UHGV virus genome: UHGV-0039337
Source of the DNA: a virus
Length of the DNA stretch: 64,000 nt
Direction: 5' to 3' (one strand)
Shown: positions 29,785 through 40,185 of the stretch, in pieces
How the letters are laid out: the number at the start of each line of letters is the position of its first letter
How positions within the stretch are numbered: position 1 is the first letter of the stretch
Position numbers and translations under genes: made by a program
Notes under the pieces: model-generated
Seen by the model: only the letters and a program-made list of their open reading frames with translations
Database searches by the model: none
What the model was told of the DNA's origin: nothing

Positions 29785-30177
29785 TTAATTCGTATAGCTT
29801 ACAACAACTGCTAATAGTGGCTTTGTTGGATAATATGGTGTAAAGTCATCAGGAAGCTCTTCTTCTAGCTTACTGTTAAACTCTGTTAGAAATGTTTCTC
29901 CTCCAAGTATTTTACTTAATCCTCGGATTAATACGTATTTCTCATCATAGAAGCAGAAGTATAGATAATAACTGTAGTATACTGAATCTTTTCTCAATAG
30001 AACTAACTTAAAGCATGGATAACTCATAAATCTTAACTCTGATATAGTATTTTTAACTTCTATATCATGAGCCGATAAAATATTAAGCAATTTATCTAGC
30101 TCTATCAATATTTCCTTATTATATATAGTTGATAGTATATTATTTAGTTCTTTATTTATTTCGTTATTCTTTTTCAT
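29785..30177 (-). CDS. hypothetical protein, tandem paralog of 30206-30589
   Basis: Shares the YPCFKLVLLRKDSVYYSYYLYFCFYDEKYVLIRGL...TEFN..LEE..PDDFTPY block. Confidence 0.55.
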   Translation of the reverse strand: MKKNNEINKELNNILSTIYNKEILIELDKLLNILSAHDIEVKNTISELRFMSYPCFKLVLLRKDSVYYSYYLYFCFYDEKYVLIRGLSKILGGETFLTEFNSKLEEELPDDFTPYYPTKPLLAVVVSYTN

Positions 30178-30205
30178 ATTTCCTCCTTATATTATTCTAG
30201 ACTTA

Positions 30206-30589
30206 TTAATGATAATCTCTTGGACAGTATGGTGTAAAATCATTAGGAGGATCTTCTTCTAATCTATTATTAAATTCTGTTAAAAATACTTCTCCTCCAC
30301 TTATTCCTTCTAGTCCTTGGATTAATATACATTTTTCATTATAAAAGCAGAAGTATAAAAAATAGCTATAGTATACTGAATTTTTTCTTGATAAAATTAA
30401 TCTAAAACATGGATACTTTACACATTGATGATACTTTGTAATTTTTGCTTCTAATATGTCTTCTTCAATAGTTACATTGTGACTCGATAAAATCTTTACT
30501 AGCTCATTTAGTTCTATTAATATTTTTTTATGATATATGGTTAATAATATATTATCTAATTCTTTATTCATTTCAATACTCTTTTTCAT
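30206..30589 (-). CDS. hypothetical protein, tandem paralog of 29785-30177
   Basis: See paralog. Confidence 0.55.
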   Translation of the reverse strand: MKKSIEMNKELDNILLTIYHKKILIELNELVKILSSHNVTIEEDILEAKITKYHQCVKYPCFRLILSRKNSVYYSYFLYFCFYNEKCILIQGLEGISGGEVFLTEFNNRLEEDPPNDFTPYCPRDYH

Positions 30590-30591
30590 TT

Positions 30592-31182
30592 TTACTCCTC
30601 GTATTGTTCTAATAGTTTATCGTTCTTTTTTATTGCGTTTTCGTAATGTTCTTTAAAGTCATGTAACTGTGTTTTTAGTAAACTGTTAGGATGTATGAAT
30701 TTATTATTATCATCATTAAATAGATTCATTTCAGCCACAAGTGAATTGTTATAAGTAAAAGTAAGTATGATTATATCGTCGTTAATATTTATATTGTATG
30801 GATCCATATAACATAGCTCATATTCATTGTATGAACTTACTTTTAAGTATTCTTCTTTTGAATATTGCATTTCTAATTTAAACCAATCATTGTAGGTATT
30901 GTCGTATACATCGAAAGTTATACAGTTATAATTAAAAAATGTTGGACTTATAGATGCATCATAAGTGGTTGTATAAAGACAAGATCCAAAAAATAAACTG
31001 TAGTATTCAGTTTCTATTTTTGCATACATATCATTTAAAGAGTCACGATCTCTATAATTTCTTATTCTTAAATTATGATCATAATAGATTGTATTTATTA
31101 GAGATTTTAGATTAATAGGAATGCTATATTTACACATTTCATATAATGTTTTAACTATTTCATGCATTATTAAACCCTCCAA
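30592..31182 (-). CDS. paralogous family member (PINLKSLINTI N-terminus)
   Basis: MHEIVKTLYEMCKYSIPINLKSLINTIYY. Confidence 0.55.
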   Translation of the reverse strand: MEGLIMHEIVKTLYEMCKYSIPINLKSLINTIYYDHNLRIRNYRDRDSLNDMYAKIETEYYSLFFGSCLYTTTYDASISPTFFNYNCITFDVYDNTYNDWFKLEMQYSKEEYLKVSSYNEYELCYMDPYNININDDIIILTFTYNNSLVAEMNLFNDDNNKFIHPNSLLKTQLHDFKEHYENAIKKNDKLLEQYEE

Positions 31183-31670
31183 GCAGAACTTTCAATATCT
31201 GTAAGTTTCTTTCTTTTAATGTATTTCCATTTTTCATCACCTGGATATTGTGATATATCTATATTAGCTATATCGCCATAATCATGTACTTTATTCGTCT
31301 TAGTGATGCATAGTATATAAACTTCATCATTAATATTTACAGTACAATTATTCTTTACAGTATAGTCTATATCATCAAGAATATTTATACATACTAAGTC
31401 AGTACGCGTAAAGAATAAATAATATTTTATATTTTCCCAACGTTCTTTTATTGTTATTATTGAAGTATTATTAGCATATATTTCTGTATCTGATTGCTCA
31501 TCTATATAAAGATCTAGACTGCATGGCTCTTTATATTCTCTAGTATTTTTTGATGCTAATACATATTCTTTATCTTCATTTATAGTATTTAATAAACTCT
31601 TTAAATTAACGGGAGTATTATTATTACATAAATTGATTAGCTGTATTATTAAATCTTCTTTATAACTCAT
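31170..31670 (-). CDS. paralogous family member (PVNLKSLLNTI N-terminus)
   Basis: LIIQLINLCNNNTPVNLKSLLNTINE. Confidence 0.55.
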   Translation of the reverse strand: MSYKEDLIIQLINLCNNNTPVNLKSLLNTINEDKEYVLASKNTREYKEPCSLDLYIDEQSDTEIYANNTSIITIKERWENIKYYLFFTRTDLVCINILDDIDYTVKNNCTVNINDEVYILCITKTNKVHDYGDIANIDISQYPGDEKWKYIKRKKLTDIESSAWRV

Positions 31671-32202
31671 AGCTTATACTTCTTTCTGTTTCATTAATAG
31701 AGTTAATAGCTTGAATTATAGCATTAGCGATTGTTTCAGCCATTTCAATTATGAAATCTAATTGTACATTACTTAGAGATTCTATCGTTTCCATATAATC
31801 ATTTTTTCCTATACTTACTATTCCTTTTATTGAATAGTCACCTATACTTTCTAATTTTTTATTGACTCCAGATCCTGGTCTAATAGGTCCACTATTTATT
31901 CTGATGGTTCCTACTTCAAATAAACAACTTGTAGCGGCATCTATTGCTAATATAGTAGAATCTTTATGCTTTCTTTTTATTTCAGGTATTTTTTCAGATA
32001 TATTTAAACCATGTATAGGATTTTTAATAGTTCCATATATTGTATTATTAAGATTACTCTTTTCTAATATTGAACCAACATTAGGGCCTAAACTATCTCC
32101 TATATATTTATCAGTTCCTATACATACTATTACTGTATTCTCGTCTAAGATGCTTTTAAGTTTATCAATCATTTTTGTATTCATACTATTTTCTCCTTTC
32201 AA
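31660..32202 (-). CDS. YyaC-like sporulation protein (DUF1256, hydrogenase-maturation-protease-like fold)
   Basis: VIVCIGTDKYIGDSLGPNVGS...AIDAATS...GPIRPGSGVNKKL...GIVSIG parallels B. subtilis YyaC (ICIGTDRSTGDSLGPLVG...). Confidence 0.65.
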   Translation of the reverse strand: MKGENSMNTKMIDKLKSILDENTVIVCIGTDKYIGDSLGPNVGSILEKSNLNNTIYGTIKNPIHGLNISEKIPEIKRKHKDSTILAIDAATSCLFEVGTIRINSGPIRPGSGVNKKLESIGDYSIKGIVSIGKNDYMETIESLSNVQLDFIIEMAETIANAIIQAINSINETERSISYEL

Positions 32203-32537
32203 AATAAAGATAGTTGTATTCGTTTACATACACATATAAAACCTAAATCGGTTGGTATAAATAAATATAAATATATTATTCTTGCTGATTTACGTACTTT
32301 TAATAATAAGTTCATATCTTCGTTTATTCTTTTGTCGTTTTTATATTTCTTTCCGAATGTTTTTATTACATAATTCTTATTTACTTTATAGACTTCTTTA
32401 ACTTTATCTAATTTGATTATGTCATTCATTGTTTCTGCGTTGATGCATATTTCACTTTTATAACATGCATTTAACATTTTGATAACTTCTGTATTTTGCA
32501 TATATCTCCTCCAAAACAATAGCGCCGTGTTTATCAT
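32199..32537 (-). CDS. hypothetical protein (112 aa)
   Basis: ORF. Confidence 0.45.
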   Translation of the reverse strand: MINTALLFWRRYMQNTEVIKMLNACYKSEICINAETMNDIIKLDKVKEVYKVNKNYVIKTFGKKYKNDKRINEDMNLLLKVRKSARIIYLYLFIPTDLGFICVCKRIQLSLF

Positions 32538-32545
32538 GGCGCTAT

Positions 32546-33022
32546 TTAATCTATATTATTATTGTATTTTATTATTCCATCCTTTGGTATATAGTAAATA
32601 TATTTATCATCTTCAAAACAGAAAAACATATATCTTATTATTTTGTTTTTATATCTATATATATGTCTTTCAACTTTTGGTTTATCTTTTATATTATTAG
32701 ATACAAATATATTTTTAGTTAATTGTATTGACATATTTTTTCTGTCTTTTGTATTATATTTATAATATAAATGATCACCTTCAAAATTTTCTTTTATATA
32801 TTTTTCATTTTTATATGGAACTAATTTTTCTGATTCAATTAGTGCTGTTTCTGTGCTACATACTGTACAAGTTATTAAACTTATAACAACAGTTAAAAGT
32901 ATTGTAGAAAATACAGATAAAACAAGTTGTAATATAAAAATTTCTATTTCTGAAAATGATGATCTTAGCCATTTAAAATATATAATGTTAAATAATACAA
33001 ACAGTATACATGTTATTATCAT
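32546..33022 (-). CDS. membrane protein (158 aa)
   Basis: Two N-terminal TM helices. Confidence 0.45.
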   Translation of the reverse strand: MIITCILFVLFNIIYFKWLRSSFSEIEIFILQLVLSVFSTILLTVVISLITCTVCSTETALIESEKLVPYKNEKYIKENFEGDHLYYKYNTKDRKNMSIQLTKNIFVSNNIKDKPKVERHIYRYKNKIIRYMFFCFEDDKYIYYIPKDGIIKYNNNID

Positions 33023-33040
33023 ATATTTATTTCTCTCCTA

Positions 33041-33238
33041 TTATTTTAATAAATAAGTTTCTATTTCTACTATCATAAATGGTTTACTCTCATGTCTATA
33101 TACAAGAGGTTCTTCTCTGATAGTATATCCTAATTCATGTACTTTTTTATATGCATCTTCTACATTACTATACATAACTTTACTTACGTCTGGGCCTATA
33201 GCGTAATCATAATAAATCAATCCATAGATTCTTTTCAT
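33041..33238 (-). CDS. hypothetical protein (65 aa)
   Basis: ORF. Confidence 0.4.
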   Translation of the reverse strand: MKRIYGLIYYDYAIGPDVSKVMYSNVEDAYKKVHELGYTIREEPLVYRHESKPFMIVEIETYLLK

Positions 33239-33257
33239 AAAATCAACCTTTCTTTGT

Positions 33258-33494
33258 TTATAATGTTTCTAATATATTGCTTTCTTTTACATTATATACG
33301 TCATATTTCCCTTCAAGTAAATACCAGTTTTCTATTTTTCCGCATACTAATAAAGGTGTACTATTTGTTATAGTACCTTCTACTTCTTTCCATACAGATT
33401 TAATGTGCTTAATGCTAGGATCGTATACTCTTACTTCAGCATTAGATTTTACTCTTTCTCCTATTTTATATTTAAACATTTTTTGATATAACAT
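33258..33494 (-). CDS. hypothetical protein (78 aa)
   Basis: ORF. Confidence 0.4.
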   Translation of the reverse strand: MLYQKMFKYKIGERVKSNAEVRVYDPSIKHIKSVWKEVEGTITNSTPLLVCGKIENWYLLEGKYDVYNVKESNILETL

Positions 33495-33619
33495 AATATC
33501 AACTCCTTTATTTATTTTTTCTTATCCATTCATCGTTTTCAACTGTTTTAACAGTTAACCATAACATTATACATATTACAATAATTCCTATTAACATTTT
33601 AAACATATTAATCACTCCT

Positions 33620-33862
33620 TTATTTAATTACGCATGATAATATATAGCTTATTGTTATTAATATAGTTATAAAAATAATTTTATTAAATATTTGTATAGT
33701 AAACGAATGTTTGTGCTTAAAGTTTCTGATTTTATTTTTTTTCTTATATTTCTTTATTTTACTTAAGTTATTGTAGTATCTTTTATGACATATCTCAGCT
33801 TGTTTATTTATTTTTAAATATAGAATTTTATTATCACATTTCATAAAATTACTCCTTCGCAT
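33620..33862 (-). CDS. hypothetical basic/membrane protein (80 aa)
   Basis: ORF. Confidence 0.4.
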   Translation of the reverse strand: MRRSNFMKCDNKILYLKINKQAEICHKRYYNNLSKIKKYKKKNKIRNFKHKHSFTIQIFNKIIFITILITISYILSCVIK

Positions 33863-34218
33863 GGATAAAATAATTTTTCATACAATTCTTTTAACTTTTG
33901 TGTTCCAATATTTAAGTTGTCATCTTTTTCTAATGCGTATAGTTTGTAATTAATTATTAATTGTTCTATTATTTCATTTAATACTTTATTTGTATCTACG
34001 ACTGCATATTGCACATTCAATTTATTATTTTCCATTACAAACATAGTATCTTCGTAATTTCCTATTTCAATTTCAATACTAAATTCTTTATTTACTTGCA
34101 ATTCTAAATTTTTATCTACATTTTTATTTGATATAACATCTCCTTTATTAAAAGTAATCAGCATTCTTATCCCTTCTTTCTTTATTACGTACGACAGCCT
34201 GTATACATTGAAACACAA
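33841..34218 (-). CDS. hypothetical protein (125 aa)
   Basis: ORF. Confidence 0.45.
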   Translation of the reverse strand: MCFNVYRLSYVIKKEGIRMLITFNKGDVISNKNVDKNLELQVNKEFSIEIEIGNYEDTMFVMENNKLNVQYAVVDTNKVLNEIIEQLIINYKLYALEKDDNLNIGTQKLKELYEKLFYPCEGVIL

Positions 34219-34254
34219 CGATACAGGCTTATCTTTAGTACGTTTTATATAATG

Positions 34255-34482
34255 TTATTTTTCTAGTCTTGTTATATAGTCAAATAATGCTTCGATAAGA
34301 ACATCACTTATTCTTATACGTCTTTGTTTTCCTTTAATGGTAATGCGTATACTATTTCCGTTGTTATTAGTAAGTATTTTGTGTTTATAACCTGAATAGA
34401 CATTTCCATCAATGTTGATATAATATTCTGTACCAGGATATTTAAAATATTCCATATTACCTATAAGTATTTTTCTATCCAT
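34255..34482 (-). CDS. hypothetical protein (75 aa)
   Basis: ORF. Confidence 0.4.
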   Translation of the reverse strand: MDRKILIGNMEYFKYPGTEYYINIDGNVYSGYKHKILTNNNGNSIRITIKGKQRRIRISDVLIEALFDYITRLEK

Positions 34483-35077
34483 ATACTATTACACCCCTGA
34501 TGTAATAGTAGCACTGTTTAATAGATTTTTGTAGATTATTTATTATTTTCTAAATAATTCTGCTACAGATGCAGCAAATAGAAAAATAGCAACAACAAGT
34601 AAAACAGTTATTAATATAGTTCCTAAAACTTGTGCTAGTATCATTCATCTATCATCTTCTTTTTTATTAATTTTTCTAAGTCGTCAACTATTTGTGAATA
34701 AGCTATCCATTTTCCGTATTCCGTTTCAGTTTGAAGTTCTCTAAATCTTTTTTTTGTTTCATGCAAGTTCTCTCTATATATATCTAGTAGTCTTTTTAAA
34801 TCTTCCTTCATACTTTCTCCATTCCTATTTATATTTCTTCTTCAAATTCATTGCCACAATCATTACATTCAATATGAAAAACTGTCACTTCGTATTGTTC
34901 GCCTGTGTAATAATTAGTTACTAATGTTTTTTCTTTATTTACTATGATTAAGTTAGTGCTCCTACATTTTTCACATTCCATATTTACCTTTCACAAAATT
35001 AGTTATTGTATATATATTTTTATGCTTACAAAACAATCTTTTCATTAATCTTATTCGATCTTCCTATAATAAAAGAA

Positions 35078-35278
35078 TTATTTTATTGCATATTCTCCTA
35101 GTTTATTGCCACACATAGGGCAATAATTTATTTTTATCCCATATATGCTTTCTTTTTGTCCACCAACTCTATTTTCTTCTAAATAGTTACAACTATTAAT
35201 TTTTATTGCATAATCACTATTATTTTTATACATTAATGGTTCTTTATCTATATATCTACCTTCGCAATATTTACACAT
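35078..35278 (-). CDS. zinc-ribbon protein (66 aa)
   Basis: CKYC...CPMCG. Confidence 0.4.
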   Translation of the reverse strand: MCKYCEGRYIDKEPLMYKNNSDYAIKINSCNYLEENRVGGQKESIYGIKINYCPMCGNKLGEYAIK

Positions 35279-35310
35279 ATTTCCTCCAATAAAAGAATTA
35301 TTTTATTTAA

Positions 35311-35529
35311 TTAAAGACTATCTATATAATCAAAACATTCTCTAGTTATATTTTCATACTCTACAAGTTCTTCTTTTTGTTCTTTTGTTAAAAGTTCTTT
35401 TTCTGCTATAAATTCATATTTCATTTTTTCAATCTCTTTTAATTTGCTTACAACAGATGTTAATTCATGAGTTGTACCTATTATAAGTTTTTTATATTCT
35501 CTAAATTTATTTTCTTTCATACATTCCAA
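35311..35529 (-). CDS. hypothetical protein (72 aa)
   Basis: ORF. Confidence 0.4.
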   Translation of the reverse strand: MECMKENKFREYKKLIIGTTHELTSVVSKLKEIEKMKYEFIAEKELLTKEQKEELVEYENITRECFDYIDSL

Positions 35530-35663
35530 CCTTTCTAAATAAAAATTATATTTTAACTTTTAAATTATGTCTTTTTTCAAAAACATAATATGGCTCATAC
35601 TTAAGCTGATATGTTGTTATTTTGGGTATACAACTTTAAGTGTGGAAAATAAAAGAGAGTGAA

Positions 35664-36971
35664 TTAAAATTTATCACTCTCTAATAACTCCATAAGTTGT
35701 GGAATATCTACTCCAAACCCTTCTTCTATTATCGTTTTAGTTTTGGTTATATAACCATCCCAAGTAAACTTACTTATAGGTGCTTGATATTCAACTCTTT
35801 TATACTTAGGTTTCTTAGTAGCAGATGTGCCAAATAAGACTTTTGCTCTAAGAACTTCGAATGAATAACCTCTACCTGATTTCTCTATATTCTTAATTAG
35901 ATTATTAACACTTTCAGTATAAGCATTTGTAATGGTACATTCAAAGTAATTAAATATCTCATGCTTCCAGTTATCAACTGTTTTAGCAACTTCTTGATAG
36001 TATTTCATATCTTCTGGTATGCTTGCTTTCCATTCAAGATAAGCATTATAAGCATCGTTCTTATTCTCATACTTATATATCTGCCTAAACTGTTCTTTAA
36101 GTTCATATGCCAACTTTAACTGTGGAAACTCTGCAAATATTATTTCAAGTTTCCATATATCTCTAGCCTCTAAGTCCTCGTGATTCCTTAGAAGTAAGAA
36201 TCTTTCCTTTAATAACTTAGACCTTCGCTTAGCATCTAGAGTTGCTCTAAAAGCCTTTCTCTCGTTTTCTAGTGCCTTTGTAATAAGTTGTATTACATGG
36301 AATTTATCAACTATTACCATAGCATTTGGTAACACCTCATATACTGCCTCTTTGTAGTATCTCCACATATCTATTGTGACTACTTCTATATCATACTTGT
36401 TAGGCAATTTGTTTAAGAATGCTTTTACATCTGACTTCTTTCTGCTAGGCTGGATGTCTAATACCTTTCTACCAATTATATCTGTATAAACAGCTCTCAT
36501 GCTCTTATTTAGATGTGCTTCATCTATACCTAGTATAATTGGAGTAGTGTAGTCTAAATCCTTTTCTGTCTCTTTTACATAGCTCTCAAAGATACGTTTT
36601 ACTGTAGTAGGTGAAATACTATATTCTTCTGCTATATTAGCAAATGGCTTTTTAAGAGATTCTCTTTCTATCTGTTCTCTTAAACGTATAGTGATTTTAT
36701 CTCTATCATCTATGCTTTCATAATGCTGACTAAATGTACTTTTACAGTATTTGCATTTATATCTGTTAGTGTGTATTTCAATACCTACACGCTTTCCAAA
36801 ACTGTTTAAATCTCTTACAAACCTTTTAGACTTGCCATGCTTATAGTATTCCACTCCACCGCACTCAGGACATGCTAGAGGCTCTTTAACTGGTTTAACT
36901 ATTACTGTCATATCGTGTTCATCTTGTATTGTGTCTATAACTTCAAACTCTGGTAAATTTAGTATGTTCAT
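35664..36971 (-). CDS. ISL3 family transposase
   Basis: N-terminal zinc ribbon CPECGG...CKYCKS, HTH, and DDE region ILGIDEAHL...VTIDMWRYY; about 435 aa, typical of ISL3. Confidence 0.8.
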   Translation of the reverse strand: MNILNLPEFEVIDTIQDEHDMTVIVKPVKEPLACPECGGVEYYKHGKSKRFVRDLNSFGKRVGIEIHTNRYKCKYCKSTFSQHYESIDDRDKITIRLREQIERESLKKPFANIAEEYSISPTTVKRIFESYVKETEKDLDYTTPIILGIDEAHLNKSMRAVYTDIIGRKVLDIQPSRKKSDVKAFLNKLPNKYDIEVVTIDMWRYYKEAVYEVLPNAMVIVDKFHVIQLITKALENERKAFRATLDAKRRSKLLKERFLLLRNHEDLEARDIWKLEIIFAEFPQLKLAYELKEQFRQIYKYENKNDAYNAYLEWKASIPEDMKYYQEVAKTVDNWKHEIFNYFECTITNAYTESVNNLIKNIEKSGRGYSFEVLRAKVLFGTSATKKPKYKRVEYQAPISKFTWDGYITKTKTIIEEGFGVDIPQLMELLESDKF

Positions 36972-36972
36972 A

Positions 36973-37335
36973 TTACTCTCTTTCTAATAATTCTGGATTT
37001 TCATATATATTACCTATAACTTCCATAAATTCTGAAACATTATATATCGGTAATAAGTAATCTCCCTCTACATCGATAAAAAACATACCTTTAGAATATA
37101 TTATTTGACCCATATGTTCTTTAGTTTTAACTATATCCCCTTCATAAATTTCTTTTTCGTGTTTATCTTTTACTCCTGTCCATTGCATTAATCTACAAAC
37201 ATATGGATAAGGTGCACTCCAACGTCTACATTCTTCATCTTCCATTCTTACTTCATAATCTTCTAAGTTTATTGAAGTAACTTTTGCTATTTCTTCTTTT
37301 TCTCTATCCCACGCTCTAAATTTAATTTCTCTCAT
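36973..37335 (-). CDS. YopX family phage protein
   Basis: MREIKFRAWD...WTGVKDKHEKEIYEGDIV...IGNIYENPELLE, the hallmark YopX blocks. GGGAGG RBS. Stop lies 1 nt before the transposase ATG. Confidence 0.75.
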   Translation of the reverse strand: MREIKFRAWDREKEEIAKVTSINLEDYEVRMEDEECRRWSAPYPYVCRLMQWTGVKDKHEKEIYEGDIVKTKEHMGQIIYSKGMFFIDVEGDYLLPIYNVSEFMEVIGNIYENPELLERE

Positions 37336-37606
37336 ATTAAACCTCCCATATAATTTAATTACCTAAATTATACCACAGTTCTAGCCATATTTTCCACAGT
37401 TAAAGTTATTTCGAGTAATAAATTTTATATTCACTTTTCAATGTACGTTTTCTTACTAATCCACAGTTATAGTTTCATACCCGTTATTTTATATCTTATA
37501 TTAGTTCTTTTATCCGTAAAGAAAGTCGTTCGTTTATGTTGCCATATCAATTTCATTTAGTCGTCTCCAAAATTATTTTACCATTCATCATAGGTACTTA
37601 AATCTA

Positions 37607-38137
37607 TTATTTCTCTCCTTTATTATTATCATTATAGGCAAATACATCATTAAATCTATCTAAATCTAATAAATTATTTTTTACCAAGATATTCAAAGTT
37701 GAAATTATCTTACAAGTATCATCATTGCAATTTAGATATAAATTTTCTATCATACATTTATCACAAGTATTATAGTCAAATGAATGTATAACTTTATCAA
37801 AAAAATTTGCAAGTGCTTTTCGTGAATGTTCGCTTTCTCGTGCACAACAATACTCTTCAACTAATTGCTCTTTAGTTTTTCCACAATCAGCTAATAAATA
37901 ATTTAATAAATCATCCGTACTATATTCTACCAACTCAAGCATATCAAAAGAACAAGTAAATGGATAATATTTAGAATCAAATATTTTACAAGTTCTATAT
38001 TTTTCATCTACATCTATAACAGTAAATATCATACCTGCAAATTGTGTCATATTATCTAAATAAACAATTCCATCATAGCTTTCACCTACAACTAAATCAC
38101 TTCTTAATCTAACTTTATCTCCATTTTTTATTTTCAT
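37607..38137 (-). CDS. hypothetical protein, N-terminal SH3-like KxGDxVxxRxDLxVG domain plus Cys-rich C-terminal region
   Basis: MKIKNGDKVRLRSDLVVGESYDG shared with 39102, 40374 and 11205. Confidence 0.5.
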   Translation of the reverse strand: MKIKNGDKVRLRSDLVVGESYDGIVYLDNMTQFAGMIFTVIDVDEKYRTCKIFDSKYYPFTCSFDMLELVEYSTDDLLNYLLADCGKTKEQLVEEYCCARESEHSRKALANFFDKVIHSFDYNTCDKCMIENLYLNCNDDTCKIISTLNILVKNNLLDLDRFNDVFAYNDNNKGEK

Positions 38138-38160
38138 AATATCATCTCCTTATTATTTTA

Positions 38161-38541
38161 TCATTCATCATAACTGCTTACATCTATTATTTCACCACAT
38201 ATAGGACATCTTAATTCAACAATGGTTATTACATTACTTGGTGTAACAGTATATACAAAACTTCTATACCCTGTATCACATTTTTTATAATGTTCATGTA
38301 TAAATTCTTCTGCTCTTTTCTTTTGTTTATCTGATAATGTAGCTAAACTATTTCTTTTATAAAAATCTAGTTCTTCTTTTAATCTTTTTAATTCTTTATC
38401 TTTAAATTTTTCATCTTTAATTTCCAGGTATGCTTTTCTATAATCTTCTTTATCTTCTTCTAATAATTCTATCAAAGCTTGTAGCTCTTTTAATGAATCT
38501 TTAATGCTTTTTCCTCTAAGAACTGCTTTTTTCCAATCCAT
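38161..38541 (-). CDS. hypothetical protein with C-terminal zinc ribbon (126 aa)
   Basis: CPICG. Confidence 0.45.
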   Translation of the reverse strand: MDWKKAVLRGKSIKDSLKELQALIELLEEDKEDYRKAYLEIKDEKFKDKELKRLKEELDFYKRNSLATLSDKQKKRAEEFIHEHYKKCDTGYRSFVYTVTPSNVITIVELRCPICGEIIDVSSYDE

Positions 38542-38556
38542 AATATCTCCTCCTTA

Positions 38557-38961
38557 TTAATAACAGTATGAAAATACTAAAGTATCATTTTCCCAATCAA
38601 ATGTATCATATAATTCTTCTAATGATTCTATATCTTCTTTTAATGTCTCAACATCTTCTTTTGATAAACTATATAAATTTGATATATATTGTTTCAATTC
38701 TTCTCGAGTGATTAAAGTAAAACCATTGGTATCATAAGCATTGTAAACTCTTTTATTCATTGATACTAATGTTTGTCTTAGTATTATCACTTGTACCCAG
38801 TCATTATCTAATAGTGGTAAATCAATACTAGATTCAAATTTATAAAAGTTATCTTCACCTATACAATTATATATTTTATTTCTCAAATTTGCATATTTAT
38901 TTAAGTCATCTTGATTTCCTATTTTTATTCTTATCTTAGTGAATCCACCTTCATATTCCAT
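38557..38961 (-). CDS. hypothetical protein (134 aa)
   Basis: ORF. Confidence 0.45.
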   Translation of the reverse strand: MEYEGGFTKIRIKIGNQDDLNKYANLRNKIYNCIGEDNFYKFESSIDLPLLDNDWVQVIILRQTLVSMNKRVYNAYDTNGFTLITREELKQYISNLYSLSKEDVETLKEDIESLEELYDTFDWENDTLVFSYCY

Positions 38962-39101
38962 AATATTCCTCCTAATTAATAAGTAATAAAAGAAATCCTA
39001 ATACTATCATTCCAATACCTAATAGTATTTCACCTAATATTAACGCTATTATTCCTAATCCTATTTCCATCCCAGCTATAATAGCCACTTTATTTCCTCC
39101 T

Positions 39102-39923
39102 TTATTGATTCTTGTATTCTCTTTCAACTAACCATAGTAGACAATAATTTATTAGGTCTAATATAGTATCCTCGATTTTTTCATCTTTTAATAATTGTTG
39201 TGTTGCATTCGGATCATATAGTGCTAATAATCTGTTATATTTATCTGTTATGTGTATTAGAAATGACATGTCACCAAACTTTTCATAAGTATTTGCAACG
39301 CTATTACCATAATCCTCAGTTTCAGCTTTATAGGTTTCCTCTAAATCGTTTAGTAAATATCTATATATAGCTAATCTAATTTTTTTAGCTTGCTCTAAAT
39401 CCTTTTTTGTTGTAGACTGCTCTAAATCCTTTTTCGCTTCAACAAGTTCTAACATATCTTTATTCCATGAATAATGATTATTTTCATTTGTTAAATAAAA
39501 ATCACCGTCATCGTCTATCTTTTCTATAGTATCAATTGCTCCTCTGAATCTTAGCATAGTGTCTAAAACATTGCAGTTACCATATTTTTCTCCTACCTGT
39601 AAGTCGTTTCTTATTTTAACCGTATCTCCCACTTTATAATTCATATTATTTTTCTCTTTTATTTTCTCTACGCAATTAGATTGTTCTAAGTCATTTTTTG
39701 CTTTAACAAGTTCTACCATGTCCTTGTTCCACACATAAGGTGTATTGTCATCTAAACATAAATCACCATCAGGGTCTATATATTCTATAATATGTGTTGT
39801 TCCTCTGTATTCCAACATACCCTCTGTAACACGACACGTTCCATATTTTTTCCCTACTTGTAAATCATTTCTTACTTTAACAACATCTCCTATTTTATAT
39901 TTCATATTTATCTCTCCTAACAA
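39102..39923 (-). CDS. hypothetical protein with two tandem about 75-aa SH3-like repeats (KxGDxVKxRNDLQVG.KYG...W.KDM.ELV)
   Basis: Internal duplication: MKYKIGDVVKVRNDLQVGKKYG.. and MNYKVGDTVKIRNDLQVGEKYG... Confidence 0.5.
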   Translation of the reverse strand: MLGEINMKYKIGDVVKVRNDLQVGKKYGTCRVTEGMLEYRGTTHIIEYIDPDGDLCLDDNTPYVWNKDMVELVKAKNDLEQSNCVEKIKEKNNMNYKVGDTVKIRNDLQVGEKYGNCNVLDTMLRFRGAIDTIEKIDDDGDFYLTNENNHYSWNKDMLELVEAKKDLEQSTTKKDLEQAKKIRLAIYRYLLNDLEETYKAETEDYGNSVANTYEKFGDMSFLIHITDKYNRLLALYDPNATQQLLKDEKIEDTILDLINYCLLWLVEREYKNQ

Positions 39924-40185
39924 TCAAATTTTTATTTGTATACAAAATCAATAAAAGTCATAATCAATGAAACACCAATTATAAGTAAAATTATTTTTCC
40001 TATTAAATCTTGATATAACCAATAAAATATTATAGCTATCAAGGTGACACCTAAAACAAATATAGCTAATGCAATAAAGGTTAAAAGCCATCTTTTTAAA
40101 AACTCCATGTTATCCTCCTCATTAATAATCGCTCTTTATGTTTATAATATGTTTAAATTATGCAAGAAAATGAACCTATTTTTAA

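Larger units (their letters stand above)
35632..37407 (-). mobile_element. ISL3-family-like insertion element bounded by about 20-bp imperfect inverted repeats, containing the transposase and a YopX gene
   Basis: 35632-35651 AACTTTAAGTGTGGAAAATA versus the reverse complement of 37388-37407 AACTTTAACTGTGGAAAATA (19/20 identical). Confidence 0.5.
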
